This document shows positions 1 through 7,106 of a stretch of 64,000 nt of DNA, piece by piece. How positions within the stretch are numbered: position 1 is the stretch's first letter; each line of letters starts with the position of its first letter. The position numbers and the translations under genes are program-made. Source of the stretch: Candidatus Latescibacterota bacterium. Its GTDB lineage: Bacteria > Latescibacterota > UBA2968. Under the pieces are notes generated by a model. The model saw only the letters and a list, made by a program, of their open reading frames with translations. It had not been told where the DNA came from and did not search any database. The DNA lies in contig OZ242010.1 of NCBI GenBank assembly GCA_965204745.1, positions 96,001 through 160,000 on the forward strand, in the 5' to 3' direction.

Positions 1-89
1 TGAAGCACGACTTGACCGTGCGACTCGGCTCGATGATGGTCGTCGCGGTTGGCGTGATCGCTGCTTTGGTGAAACTTCTGTCAGGGTGA
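1..89 (+). CDS. CCDC90/DUF1640-like coiled-coil membrane protein, copy 1 (3' end only; cut by window edge)
   Basis: Encodes ...KHDLTVRLGSMMVVAVGVIAALVKLLSG*, near-identical to the C-termini of the next three copies; TGA at 87-89. Confidence 0.8.
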   Translation, partial: KHDLTVRLGSMMVVAVGVIAALVKLLSG

Positions 90-155
90 TCCTATCTAAA
101 CTGCTGGGTTTGGTCGTATTGTGCTGATGTTCATTTTTCTCGACTGGAGGATTTT

Positions 156-488
156 ATGGCTACCCTGACGTTTGATACCCACGCCTTTGTCAAGGAACTG
201 ACGCAGGCCGGGATGCCGGAAGAACAAGCCGAAGTGCTGGCGCGATCTCAAGCGACATTGATTGACGAAAAACTGGCGACGAAACAGGACTTGAAGGAAC
301 TGGAATTGCGTCTGAAACGCGATATGAAAGAACTGGAGATGCGTCTGAAGCGCGATATACAAGAATTGAAACGCGATATGCAAGAGATGGAATTGCGGTT
401 GAAGCACGACTTGACCGTGCGACTCGGCTCGATGATGGTGGTTGCTATCGGCGTGATCGCTGCTTTGGTGAAACTTCTGTCAGGGTGA
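156..488 (+). CDS. CCDC90/DUF1640-like protein, copy 2 (110 aa)
   Basis: FDTH head, LATKQDL neck, coiled-coil stalk, C-terminal TM helix; SD GGAGG upstream of ATG. Confidence 0.85.
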   Translation: MATLTFDTHAFVKELTQAGMPEEQAEVLARSQATLIDEKLATKQDLKELELRLKRDMKELEMRLKRDIQELKRDMQEMELRLKHDLTVRLGSMMVVAIGVIAALVKLLSG

Positions 489-554
489 TCCTATCTAAAC
501 TGCTGGGTTTGGTCGTATTGTGCTGATGTTCACTTTTCTCGATTGGAGGATTTT

Positions 555-986
555 ATGGCTACTCTGACGTTTGATACCCATGCCTTTGTCAAAGAACTGA
601 CGCAGGCCGGGATGCCGGAAGAACAAGCCGAAGTGCTGGCGCGGTCTCAAGCGACGTTGATTGACGAAAAGCTGGCAACCAAACAGGACTTGAAGGAACT
701 GGAATTGCGGCTGAAACGCGATATACAGGAATTGAAGCGCGATATGAAAGAACTGGAGACGCGATTGGTACGCGACATGCAGGAAATGGAAGCCAATCTC
801 AAACGCGATATGAAAGAACAGGAAGCCAATCTCAAACGCGATATGAAAGAACTGGAGACGCGATTGGTACGCGACATGCAAGAGATGGAATTGCGATTGA
901 AGCACGACTTGACCGTGCGACTCGGCTCGATGATGGTGGTTGCTATCGGCGTGGTTGCCGCTTTGGTGAAACTTCTGTCAGGGTGA
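555..986 (+). CDS. CCDC90/DUF1640-like protein, copy 3 (143 aa)
   Basis: Same head and TM anchor as copy 2 with three extra 11-aa modules; ATG at 555 behind the same SD. Confidence 0.85.
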   Translation: MATLTFDTHAFVKELTQAGMPEEQAEVLARSQATLIDEKLATKQDLKELELRLKRDIQELKRDMKELETRLVRDMQEMEANLKRDMKEQEANLKRDMKELETRLVRDMQEMELRLKHDLTVRLGSMMVVAIGVVAALVKLLSG

Positions 987-1052
987 TCCTATCTAAACTG
1001 CTGGGTTTGGTCGTATTGTGCTGATGTTCACTTTTCTCGATTGGAGGATTTT

Positions 1053-1418
1053 ATGGCTACTCTGACGTTTGATACCCATGCCTTTGTCAAAGAACTGACG
1101 CAGGCCGGGATGCCGGAAGAACAAGCCGAAGTGCTGGCGCGGTCTCAAGCAACGTTGATTGACGAAAAGCTGGCAACCAAACAGGACTTGAAGGAACTGG
1201 AATTGCGTCTGAAACGCGATATGAAAGAACTGGAGATGCGTCTGAAGCGCGATATACAGGAATTGAAACGCGACATGCAGGAAATGGAAGCCAATCTCAA
1301 ACGCGACATGCAAGAGATGGAATTGCGGTTGAAGCACGATATGACCGTGCGTCTCGGCTCGATGATGGTGGTTGCTATCGGCGTGGTTGCCGCTTTGGTG
1401 AAACTTCTGTCAGGGTGA
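1053..1418 (+). CDS. CCDC90/DUF1640-like protein, copy 4 (121 aa)
   Basis: Same architecture, one extra 11-aa module relative to copy 2. Confidence 0.85.
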   Translation: MATLTFDTHAFVKELTQAGMPEEQAEVLARSQATLIDEKLATKQDLKELELRLKRDMKELEMRLKRDIQELKRDMQEMEANLKRDMQEMELRLKHDMTVRLGSMMVVAIGVVAALVKLLSG

Positions 1419-1448
1419 TCAATGCCATACCCGCATTGAGTTTTGAAC

Positions 1449-1478
1449 AAAGCATCCCAATATCGGGATGCTTTTTTT
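1449..1478 (+). terminator. Rho-independent terminator closing the array
   Basis: Stem AAAGCATCCC / GGGATGCTTT followed by a T-run. Confidence 0.8.
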
Positions 1479-1491
1479 GTTTGAAAAAGCG

Positions 1492-1520
1492 TTGACACGC
1501 CGGAAAGGCAATGCTACTAT
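1492..1520 (+). promoter_or_regulatory. Sigma-70 promoter of the ABC importer operon
   Basis: TTGACA - 17 bp - TACTAT, with extended -10 TG. Confidence 0.75.
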
Positions 1521-1566
1521 ACGCTTGATACGGGGCGCGGTGTATGCAACTGTTCGGAGCAGTTCT

Positions 1567-2970
1567 ATGAAATTTTGCAACATCATTTTTTGTTTTCTGC
1601 TTATCGGATCGCTGAGTTTTCCCTGTGATGCGGATCAGTTGGTGCTGATGTCGCCGCATTCCGATGAGATCCAAAACGAGTTTGAATCGGCGTTTGCCGC
1701 CTTTTATCAAAAAGCCACCGGGCGCGATGTGCAAGTCGAATGGCTCGATATCGGCGGGGGCACGAGCTCGATTTTGCGCTATATCAAATCGGAGTTCGGG
1801 CGGTCAGCCGAGGGCATTGGCATCGACATTTTCTTCGGCGGAGGCATCGATCCTTTTGTCGATTTGGCCGAGCGCGGATTGTGTCACCCCTATCGGTTGC
1901 CCGCTGCCGCGCTCCAGCGGTTGCCCGCCCAAATCGGCGGGGTTCCGCTCTACGATTCGGCCTATAAATGGTATGGCGCGACCCTGTCTGGATTTGGCAT
2001 TGTGTACAACCGGCGCGTGCTCGAAATTTTGAATTTGCCCGTCCCGCAAACATGGGCAGACTTGGGCGCGCCGGAATTGTTTTCGTGGGTCGGTTCGGGC
2101 GATCCCCGCAAAAGCGGTAGCGTTCACATGGCTTATGAGTTGATTTTGCAAGCGTATGGCTGGGAAAAGGGCTGGGAGGTGATGACCGCGCTGGGGGCGA
2201 ATGTGCGAAATTTTGGACAGGGCGGCTCTTACGCGCCCAAGGAAGTGGCGGTGGGCGAAGTCGCTTACGGCCTGTCCATTGATTTTTACGCATGGGCGCA
2301 AGTCGAAGAAGTGGGCGATGAATACATCGGCTTTGTGATGCCGGACAATTTGACCATTGTCAATCCCGATGGCATTGCCATCTTAAAGGGCGCGCCCAAT
2401 TTGGAAGTGGCGCAAGCGTTTTTGGAATTTGTCATGTCCGATGCCGGGCAAAAGCTCTGGTTTTTGAAAAAGGGCTCCCCGGGCGGTCCCGTCCATAAAC
2501 AACTCAATCGCTTTACCGTATTGCCCGATCTGTACACGCGCTATCGGGACGAGGCCGCCGTAACGCTCAATCCCTTTGAATGGCATTCCGACTTGATATA
2601 CGACGCGGAACGGGGCAGCGGAAGGTGGCGCGTATTAAACGATCTGATCGGCGTGATGATCATCGACTCGCACCGGGCATTGCAAGCCGCGTGGAAAGAA
2701 GCGATGAAAGATGGCGTATCGGCAGAAGAACGCAGGGCACTGGCCGCGGTCCCGGTATCAGAAGGCGAAGCCCTAATATTGGCGCAGACATGGGGCGACG
2801 CCGAAGTACGCAATCGCACGATAGCCGCGTGGACGGACTTTGCCCGCGACAAATACGGCACGCATGACGCCCCCTTGCTCGCCCGCCTCATCAACGCGAT
2901 AACCCTGATTTTTCCCCTGGGAATCGCCGCGTGTGTGATGGCCTATTTGTGGCGTTTGCAAGTGCGATGA
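1567..2970 (+). CDS. ABC transporter substrate-binding protein (Fe3+/thiamine/AfuA-FbpA-like)
   Basis: Signal peptide MKFCNIIFCFLL..., DIFFGGG, GDPRKSGS, PDGIAILKGAPN motifs; extra hydrophobic C-terminal segment; start taken at ATG 1567, downstream of the promoter. Confidence 0.85.
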   Translation: MKFCNIIFCFLLIGSLSFPCDADQLVLMSPHSDEIQNEFESAFAAFYQKATGRDVQVEWLDIGGGTSSILRYIKSEFGRSAEGIGIDIFFGGGIDPFVDLAERGLCHPYRLPAAALQRLPAQIGGVPLYDSAYKWYGATLSGFGIVYNRRVLEILNLPVPQTWADLGAPELFSWVGSGDPRKSGSVHMAYELILQAYGWEKGWEVMTALGANVRNFGQGGSYAPKEVAVGEVAYGLSIDFYAWAQVEEVGDEYIGFVMPDNLTIVNPDGIAILKGAPNLEVAQAFLEFVMSDAGQKLWFLKKGSPGGPVHKQLNRFTVLPDLYTRYRDEAAVTLNPFEWHSDLIYDAERGSGRWRVLNDLIGVMIIDSHRALQAAWKEAMKDGVSAEERRALAAVPVSEGEALILAQTWGDAEVRNRTIAAWTDFARDKYGTHDAPLLARLINAITLIFPLGIAACVMAYLWRLQVR

Positions 2971-2994
2971 AAACGACTTTTCAAAGAGCAAACC

Positions 2995-4080
2995 ATGTTT
3001 GGGATCGAACTAAAAAATGTGACGCGGCGGTTTGACGATGTTCTGGCATTGGATCGCGTCGACCTAAAGATCGACGCGGGGGAGTTCTTTGTTTTGTTGG
3101 GCCCCTCTGGGTGCGGCAAGACCACCCTGTTACGCATTTTGGCCGGGTTTGATCAGCCCGAAACCGGCCGGGTGGTTTTCGGCGACCGCGATGTGACCGC
3201 AGTGCCCCCGCACGAGCGCGACACGGGTATGGTATTTCAAAACTACGCGCTGTGGCCGCACATGACGGTTTGGAAAAATGTGGAATACGGCCTCACCATG
3301 CGGAACATGGCGCGACACGAGCGCGACCAAAAAGTGAAACGCGCCCTGGAAATGGTGCAGATGAGCAGCTATGCGGAGCGGTCGCCCAATCAGCTTTCGG
3401 GCGGGCAACAACAGCGCGTGGCACTCGCACGGGCGCTGGTCATCGAACCGGGGGTCGTGCTCTTGGACGAGCCTTTGTCCAACTTGGATGCGCGCTTGCG
3501 ATTGGAGATGCGCGAGCAGTTGCAGGACTTGCAACGCGCTTTGGGCGTGACGATGATCTACGTGACACACGATCAAAAAGAAGCCCTGGCAATGGGGGAT
3601 CGCATTGCGGTGATGCAAATGGCCGAGGTGGCGCAAGTCGGCACGCCGCGGTCAATTTACATGCGACCGGCCACGCGCTTTGTCGCGGATTTCATCGGCG
3701 AGATCAATTTGATTTCCGGCGAGATAACAGCCGTGGATCCCGAGGTGGTCGCAACAGATGTGGGAGACATTCGCGGGCGGGCGGGATACGAGAACGCGCA
3801 GGTGGGGGATCGCGTCCTGTGTGCGGTTCGTCCCGAAGCAGTGGATTTTCTGTCGGGTGAACCCGATGCGACGGACAATGTCATCTCCGGGCGCGTGCGG
3901 CGGGCCATTTATTTGGGCGAGGTCGAGCAATTTTTTGTCGAATTGGCAACGGGCGATCAGATCAAACTGATGAAATACGGCGCGACCACCCGGCGCGGGC
4001 AACCCGGCGATGCGGTGCGATTGCGGTTTTCGCAACAGCGGGTCATCGCGTTGCGCGATGCCGAGGAGGATCGCCGATGA
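2995..4080 (+). CDS. ABC transporter ATP-binding protein (PotA/FbpC family)
   Basis: GPSGCGKT, LSGGQQQR, LLDEPLSNLD, C-terminal TOBE-like region. Confidence 0.95.
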   Translation: MFGIELKNVTRRFDDVLALDRVDLKIDAGEFFVLLGPSGCGKTTLLRILAGFDQPETGRVVFGDRDVTAVPPHERDTGMVFQNYALWPHMTVWKNVEYGLTMRNMARHERDQKVKRALEMVQMSSYAERSPNQLSGGQQQRVALARALVIEPGVVLLDEPLSNLDARLRLEMREQLQDLQRALGVTMIYVTHDQKEALAMGDRIAVMQMAEVAQVGTPRSIYMRPATRFVADFIGEINLISGEITAVDPEVVATDVGDIRGRAGYENAQVGDRVLCAVRPEAVDFLSGEPDATDNVISGRVRRAIYLGEVEQFFVELATGDQIKLMKYGATTRRGQPGDAVRLRFSQQRVIALRDAEEDRR

Positions 4081-5762
4081 AGCGGTTCGATCTCACTTGG
4101 CCCACCCTCATTTTTCTGCTGGGCCTGATCGCGTTTTTTGCCCTGTTCTTGTTTTATCCCCTGTGGTATGCCATTGTGCAATCGCTGGTGGTCGATGGCA
4201 GGCTCACGGTTGCGTTTTACGAATTGATGGTCACGAGTCCGGTTTATCAGGAGGCCATTCTCAATAGTTTTCGCTTGGGCATGATCACGACCATTGCGAC
4301 CACCTTGCTCAGCTTGCCCCTGGCGTTTTTGCTGGTGCGATACGACTTTGTCGGCAAGGGATTTGTCAGTGGCCTCATCTTGGTGCCGATGGTCTTGCCC
4401 CCATTTGTCGGGGCCATCGGCATGAAGCAGATGTTTGCGCGGTTTGGGTCGATCAATTTGCTGCTTTTGGATTTGGGCCTCATCGATCAACCCATAGATT
4501 GGTTCGGCGGTGGCGGGTTTGTGGGCGTGGTGATTTTGGAAGTCCTGCATCTCTATCCCATTATGTATCTCAATGTGGCCGCTGCATTGGCCAATGTCGA
4601 TCCGAGTTTGGAAGACGCGGCGCGCAACATGGGTAGTAGCGGGTTTCGCCTGTTTCGCACTGTGACCTTTCCGCTGATGTTGCCGGGCTATTTTGCCGGG
4701 GCCATCATCGTTTTTATTTGGGCGTTCACCGACTTGGGCACGCCGCTCATTTTCAATTACCGGCAAGTGGTGGCGGTCGAGATTTTCAATTCCATCGAAG
4801 ATATCAACGAAAATCCCATGGCGTACGCGCTCGTGGTCTTCGTGTTGTTGCTGACGGTCTTTTTCTTCTATCTGTCCAAAGCCACTTTGGGCAATCGCCG
4901 CTACGAGATGATCGCGCGCGGGTATAGTAGTTCCGGGTCGAGGCGTGCGTCTCGGGGGATGACCGCGTTGATCTACGCCGCGATGCTGTCCCTGACCGGC
5001 CTTGCGATGATCCCGCATGCGAGCGTGTTTTTGACGTCTGTTGCCGAGCGGTGGTTTATGACCGTGCTGCCCCAAGAAACGACTGGGCGATTTTACGCCA
5101 TGGTATTTGAACACCCGATGTCCCTGTCGAGCATCGAGATGAGCCTGATGTTGAGCGTGTTGAGCACGGCGTTGGATATCGGGCTGGGCATTGGCATCGC
5201 CTATTTGCTCACGCGCACCCGCATCCCGTACAAAGGGGTTTTGGATGCGATGGCGATGTTGCCCTTGGCCCTGCCCGGGCTGGTGCTGGCGTTCGGGTAT
5301 CTGGCCGGGTATTCGGGCACGTTTTTGGATGCGCGGCATTATCCCGTCCCACTGCTGGTCATCGCCTACGCGGTGCGGCGGTTGCCCTATATGGTGCGCG
5401 CGGCGTACGCGGGATTTCAGCAGACGAGCATCACGCTGGAAGAAGCCGCGCGAAATTTGGGCGCGTCCCGGCTCCGCACCCTGTTTCAAATTACGTTCCC
5501 GCTGATTTTAGCCAATCTGGTGGCCGGCGGCATTTTGTGTTTTGCCTTTGCCATGCTCGAAGTGAGCGACAGTTTGATTTTGGCCCTCAAAGACGAGTAC
5601 TACCCGATTACCAAAGCGATTTACGCGCTGATGGGCCGCATTGCAGATGGCGCGTTTTTAGCCAGCGCGATGGGCGTTTTCGGCATGGTGTTGTTGATCG
5701 TGGGCTTGTTCTTGGCCGGGCGATTCCTGGGCCGGCGCATGGGCGAATTGTTCCGCGCGTGA
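4077..5762 (+). CDS. ABC transporter permease (FbpB-like, two fused TM modules)
   Basis: Two EAA loops (LEDAARNMG, LEEAARNLG); ATGA overlap with the ATPase. Confidence 0.92.
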   Translation: MKRFDLTWPTLIFLLGLIAFFALFLFYPLWYAIVQSLVVDGRLTVAFYELMVTSPVYQEAILNSFRLGMITTIATTLLSLPLAFLLVRYDFVGKGFVSGLILVPMVLPPFVGAIGMKQMFARFGSINLLLLDLGLIDQPIDWFGGGGFVGVVILEVLHLYPIMYLNVAAALANVDPSLEDAARNMGSSGFRLFRTVTFPLMLPGYFAGAIIVFIWAFTDLGTPLIFNYRQVVAVEIFNSIEDINENPMAYALVVFVLLLTVFFFYLSKATLGNRRYEMIARGYSSSGSRRASRGMTALIYAAMLSLTGLAMIPHASVFLTSVAERWFMTVLPQETTGRFYAMVFEHPMSLSSIEMSLMLSVLSTALDIGLGIGIAYLLTRTRIPYKGVLDAMAMLPLALPGLVLAFGYLAGYSGTFLDARHYPVPLLVIAYAVRRLPYMVRAAYAGFQQTSITLEEAARNLGASRLRTLFQITFPLILANLVAGGILCFAFAMLEVSDSLILALKDEYYPITKAIYALMGRIADGAFLASAMGVFGMVLLIVGLFLAGRFLGRRMGELFRA

Positions 5763-5798
5763 AAAGGGCGGATGAACGCGGATGAAAGGCGAGAGACA

Positions 5799-5920
5799 AG
5801 TGGTTAGTGGTCAGTGGTCAGTGGTCAGTGGTCAGTAGTCAGTGGTCAGTAGTCAGTGGTCAGTAGTCAGTGGTCAGTAGTCAGTGGTCAGTAGTCAGTA
5901 GTCAGTGGTCAGTAGTCAGT
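5799..5920. repeat. Heptamer tandem tract (AGTGGTC/AGTAGTC) x17
   Basis: Counted directly; the same motif recurs near 9877-9906, 17842-17857, 36704-36733, 36858-36880 and 37003-37040. Confidence 0.95.
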
Positions 5921-6050
5921 CCCCGCCGCACCCCAAAAGGCAACAGACGCAAGATGGAAGGCATCCGCCTGTCGTCACGCTAGCACGAGCACAGGCGTAG
6001 CCAACTCCGGAGTCCAGTGACTTTTTTGTTCCATTTTTGAGACAAAAAAC

Positions 6051-6081
6051 AAAAAGCCGCCACGTAATGTGACGGCTTTTT
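6051..6081. terminator. Bidirectional terminator between convergent genes
   Basis: AAAAAGCCG...CGGCTTTTT hairpin with A- and T-runs on both sides. Confidence 0.75.
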
Positions 6082-6098
6082 CATTGTCTGCTCCATCT

Positions 6099-6374
6099 CT
6101 ATTTGGAATGTGACTTCTCCCAGATGGGTTTCATTTTTTCGATGACCTCAGCATCGGTCGGGCTGGACGCGACAATGGCTGTAAATTCTTCGGCTTCAAT
6201 TCCGAGTTCCTCCAGGAATTTTCTGTCGGCCGGGCACGGATAGACATAGTCGCCGATGCAACCCCGCAACTTGGCGCGGGCCTTATCCGTGATGCGCGGA
6301 AGCCAGGGCATGTCGCCCATGTAAAGCTGGCGGCTGCGCGGTCTAAAATCGACAGCAGAACTGAGTTTGTCCAT
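6099..6374 (-). CDS. DUF5069-like small protein
   Basis: WLPRITDKARA...IGDYVYPCPADRKFL pattern; SD GAGGA upstream. Confidence 0.75.
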   Translation of the reverse strand: MDKLSSAVDFRPRSRQLYMGDMPWLPRITDKARAKLRGCIGDYVYPCPADRKFLEELGIEAEEFTAIVASSPTDAEVIEKMKPIWEKSHSK

Positions 6375-6405
6375 TGCTCATTCCTCCTCTCTCGTGGTGT
6401 GGGAT

Positions 6406-7023
6406 TCAACGGGTACCAGAACTTAGCGATTTTGCCGGCGAATGGCAAGTTAGAAAGCTGTACGTGCTCAACATGGTATCGCCGTATTTTTTTTGACGGG
6501 AAAGGGTGAGGTTTGGGAAGGATTCGGGAAGGGGTGTTCGAGCGGCGTGTTGGATGAGGATGCGCGCATTGGGCGCGAGGATGGGGGTTGTTGCGACTCG
6601 GCCGAGCACGGCGCGAGCCATGGGCTGACCGTCTAATTGTGCATGGTACGGAGGATCGAGGTAGAGGATGTCAAAGCGGGACTGCGACCGGGCGAGTTGG
6701 GGCAAAAGGGCTTGGGCAGAACGCGCGAAAAGCGCGACGCGGTCGCCTAAGTGCCACTGGTCGATAAGTTGCGCGATGAAGCGGTTGCAACGGCGATTCG
6801 GTTCATTGATGACCACCCGCGCGCCGCGGCTACAGGCTTCGAGGCCGATTTGCCCGGAGCAAGCAAAGAGGTCGAGGAAATAGTTGCCAGACAGGGTTTC
6901 GCCAAGCGAAGAGAACGCGGCTTTTTTGACAACCTCAGAAGTGACGCGGGCATTGCCGTACTTCTCATTGCGAAAGGCCATGCGGCGGCCCTTAAGTTCG
7001 CCGGCGATGATACGCATAACCAT
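6406..7023 (-). CDS. rsmD: 16S rRNA m2G966 methyltransferase, RsmD family
   Basis: MRIIAGELKGRR N-terminus, FLDLFACSGQIGLEA, ILYLDPPY, KKYGDT. Confidence 0.85.
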   Translation of the reverse strand: MVMRIIAGELKGRRMAFRNEKYGNARVTSEVVKKAAFSSLGETLSGNYFLDLFACSGQIGLEACSRGARVVINEPNRRCNRFIAQLIDQWHLGDRVALFARSAQALLPQLARSQSRFDILYLDPPYHAQLDGQPMARAVLGRVATTPILAPNARILIQHAARTPLPESFPNLTLSRQKKYGDTMLSTYSFLTCHSPAKSLSSGTR

Positions 7024-7106
7024 CCCTCAAGTACAAAGAACAGGGCCTGCGATGCGACAGGCCCTAAACGCCTTAGAGTGCAACACCACCCCAAGCCCCT
7101 GCCTTT

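Larger units (their letters stand above)
1..1420 (+). repeat. Tandem gene array: 66-bp spacer plus gene, at least 4 units
   Basis: Near-identical spacer TCCTATCTAAACTGCTGGG...GGAGGATTTT at 90-155, 489-554 and 987-1052. Confidence 0.95.

Noticed and set aside
96-1337. Repeated minus-strand ORFs (96-407, 495-905, 993-1337) ending NISTIRPNPAV
   Set aside because: Antisense shadows of the repetitive CCDC90-like genes; they recur only because the unit is duplicated
3957-5489. Long antisense ORFs (also 7536-9455, 28434-30221, 44770-46713, 53758-55641)
   Set aside because: Typical shadow frames opposite well-supported genes in GC-rich DNA
5799-5920. Heptamer and decamer tracts as a CRISPR array
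   Set aside because: No unique spacers, units too short, no cas genes
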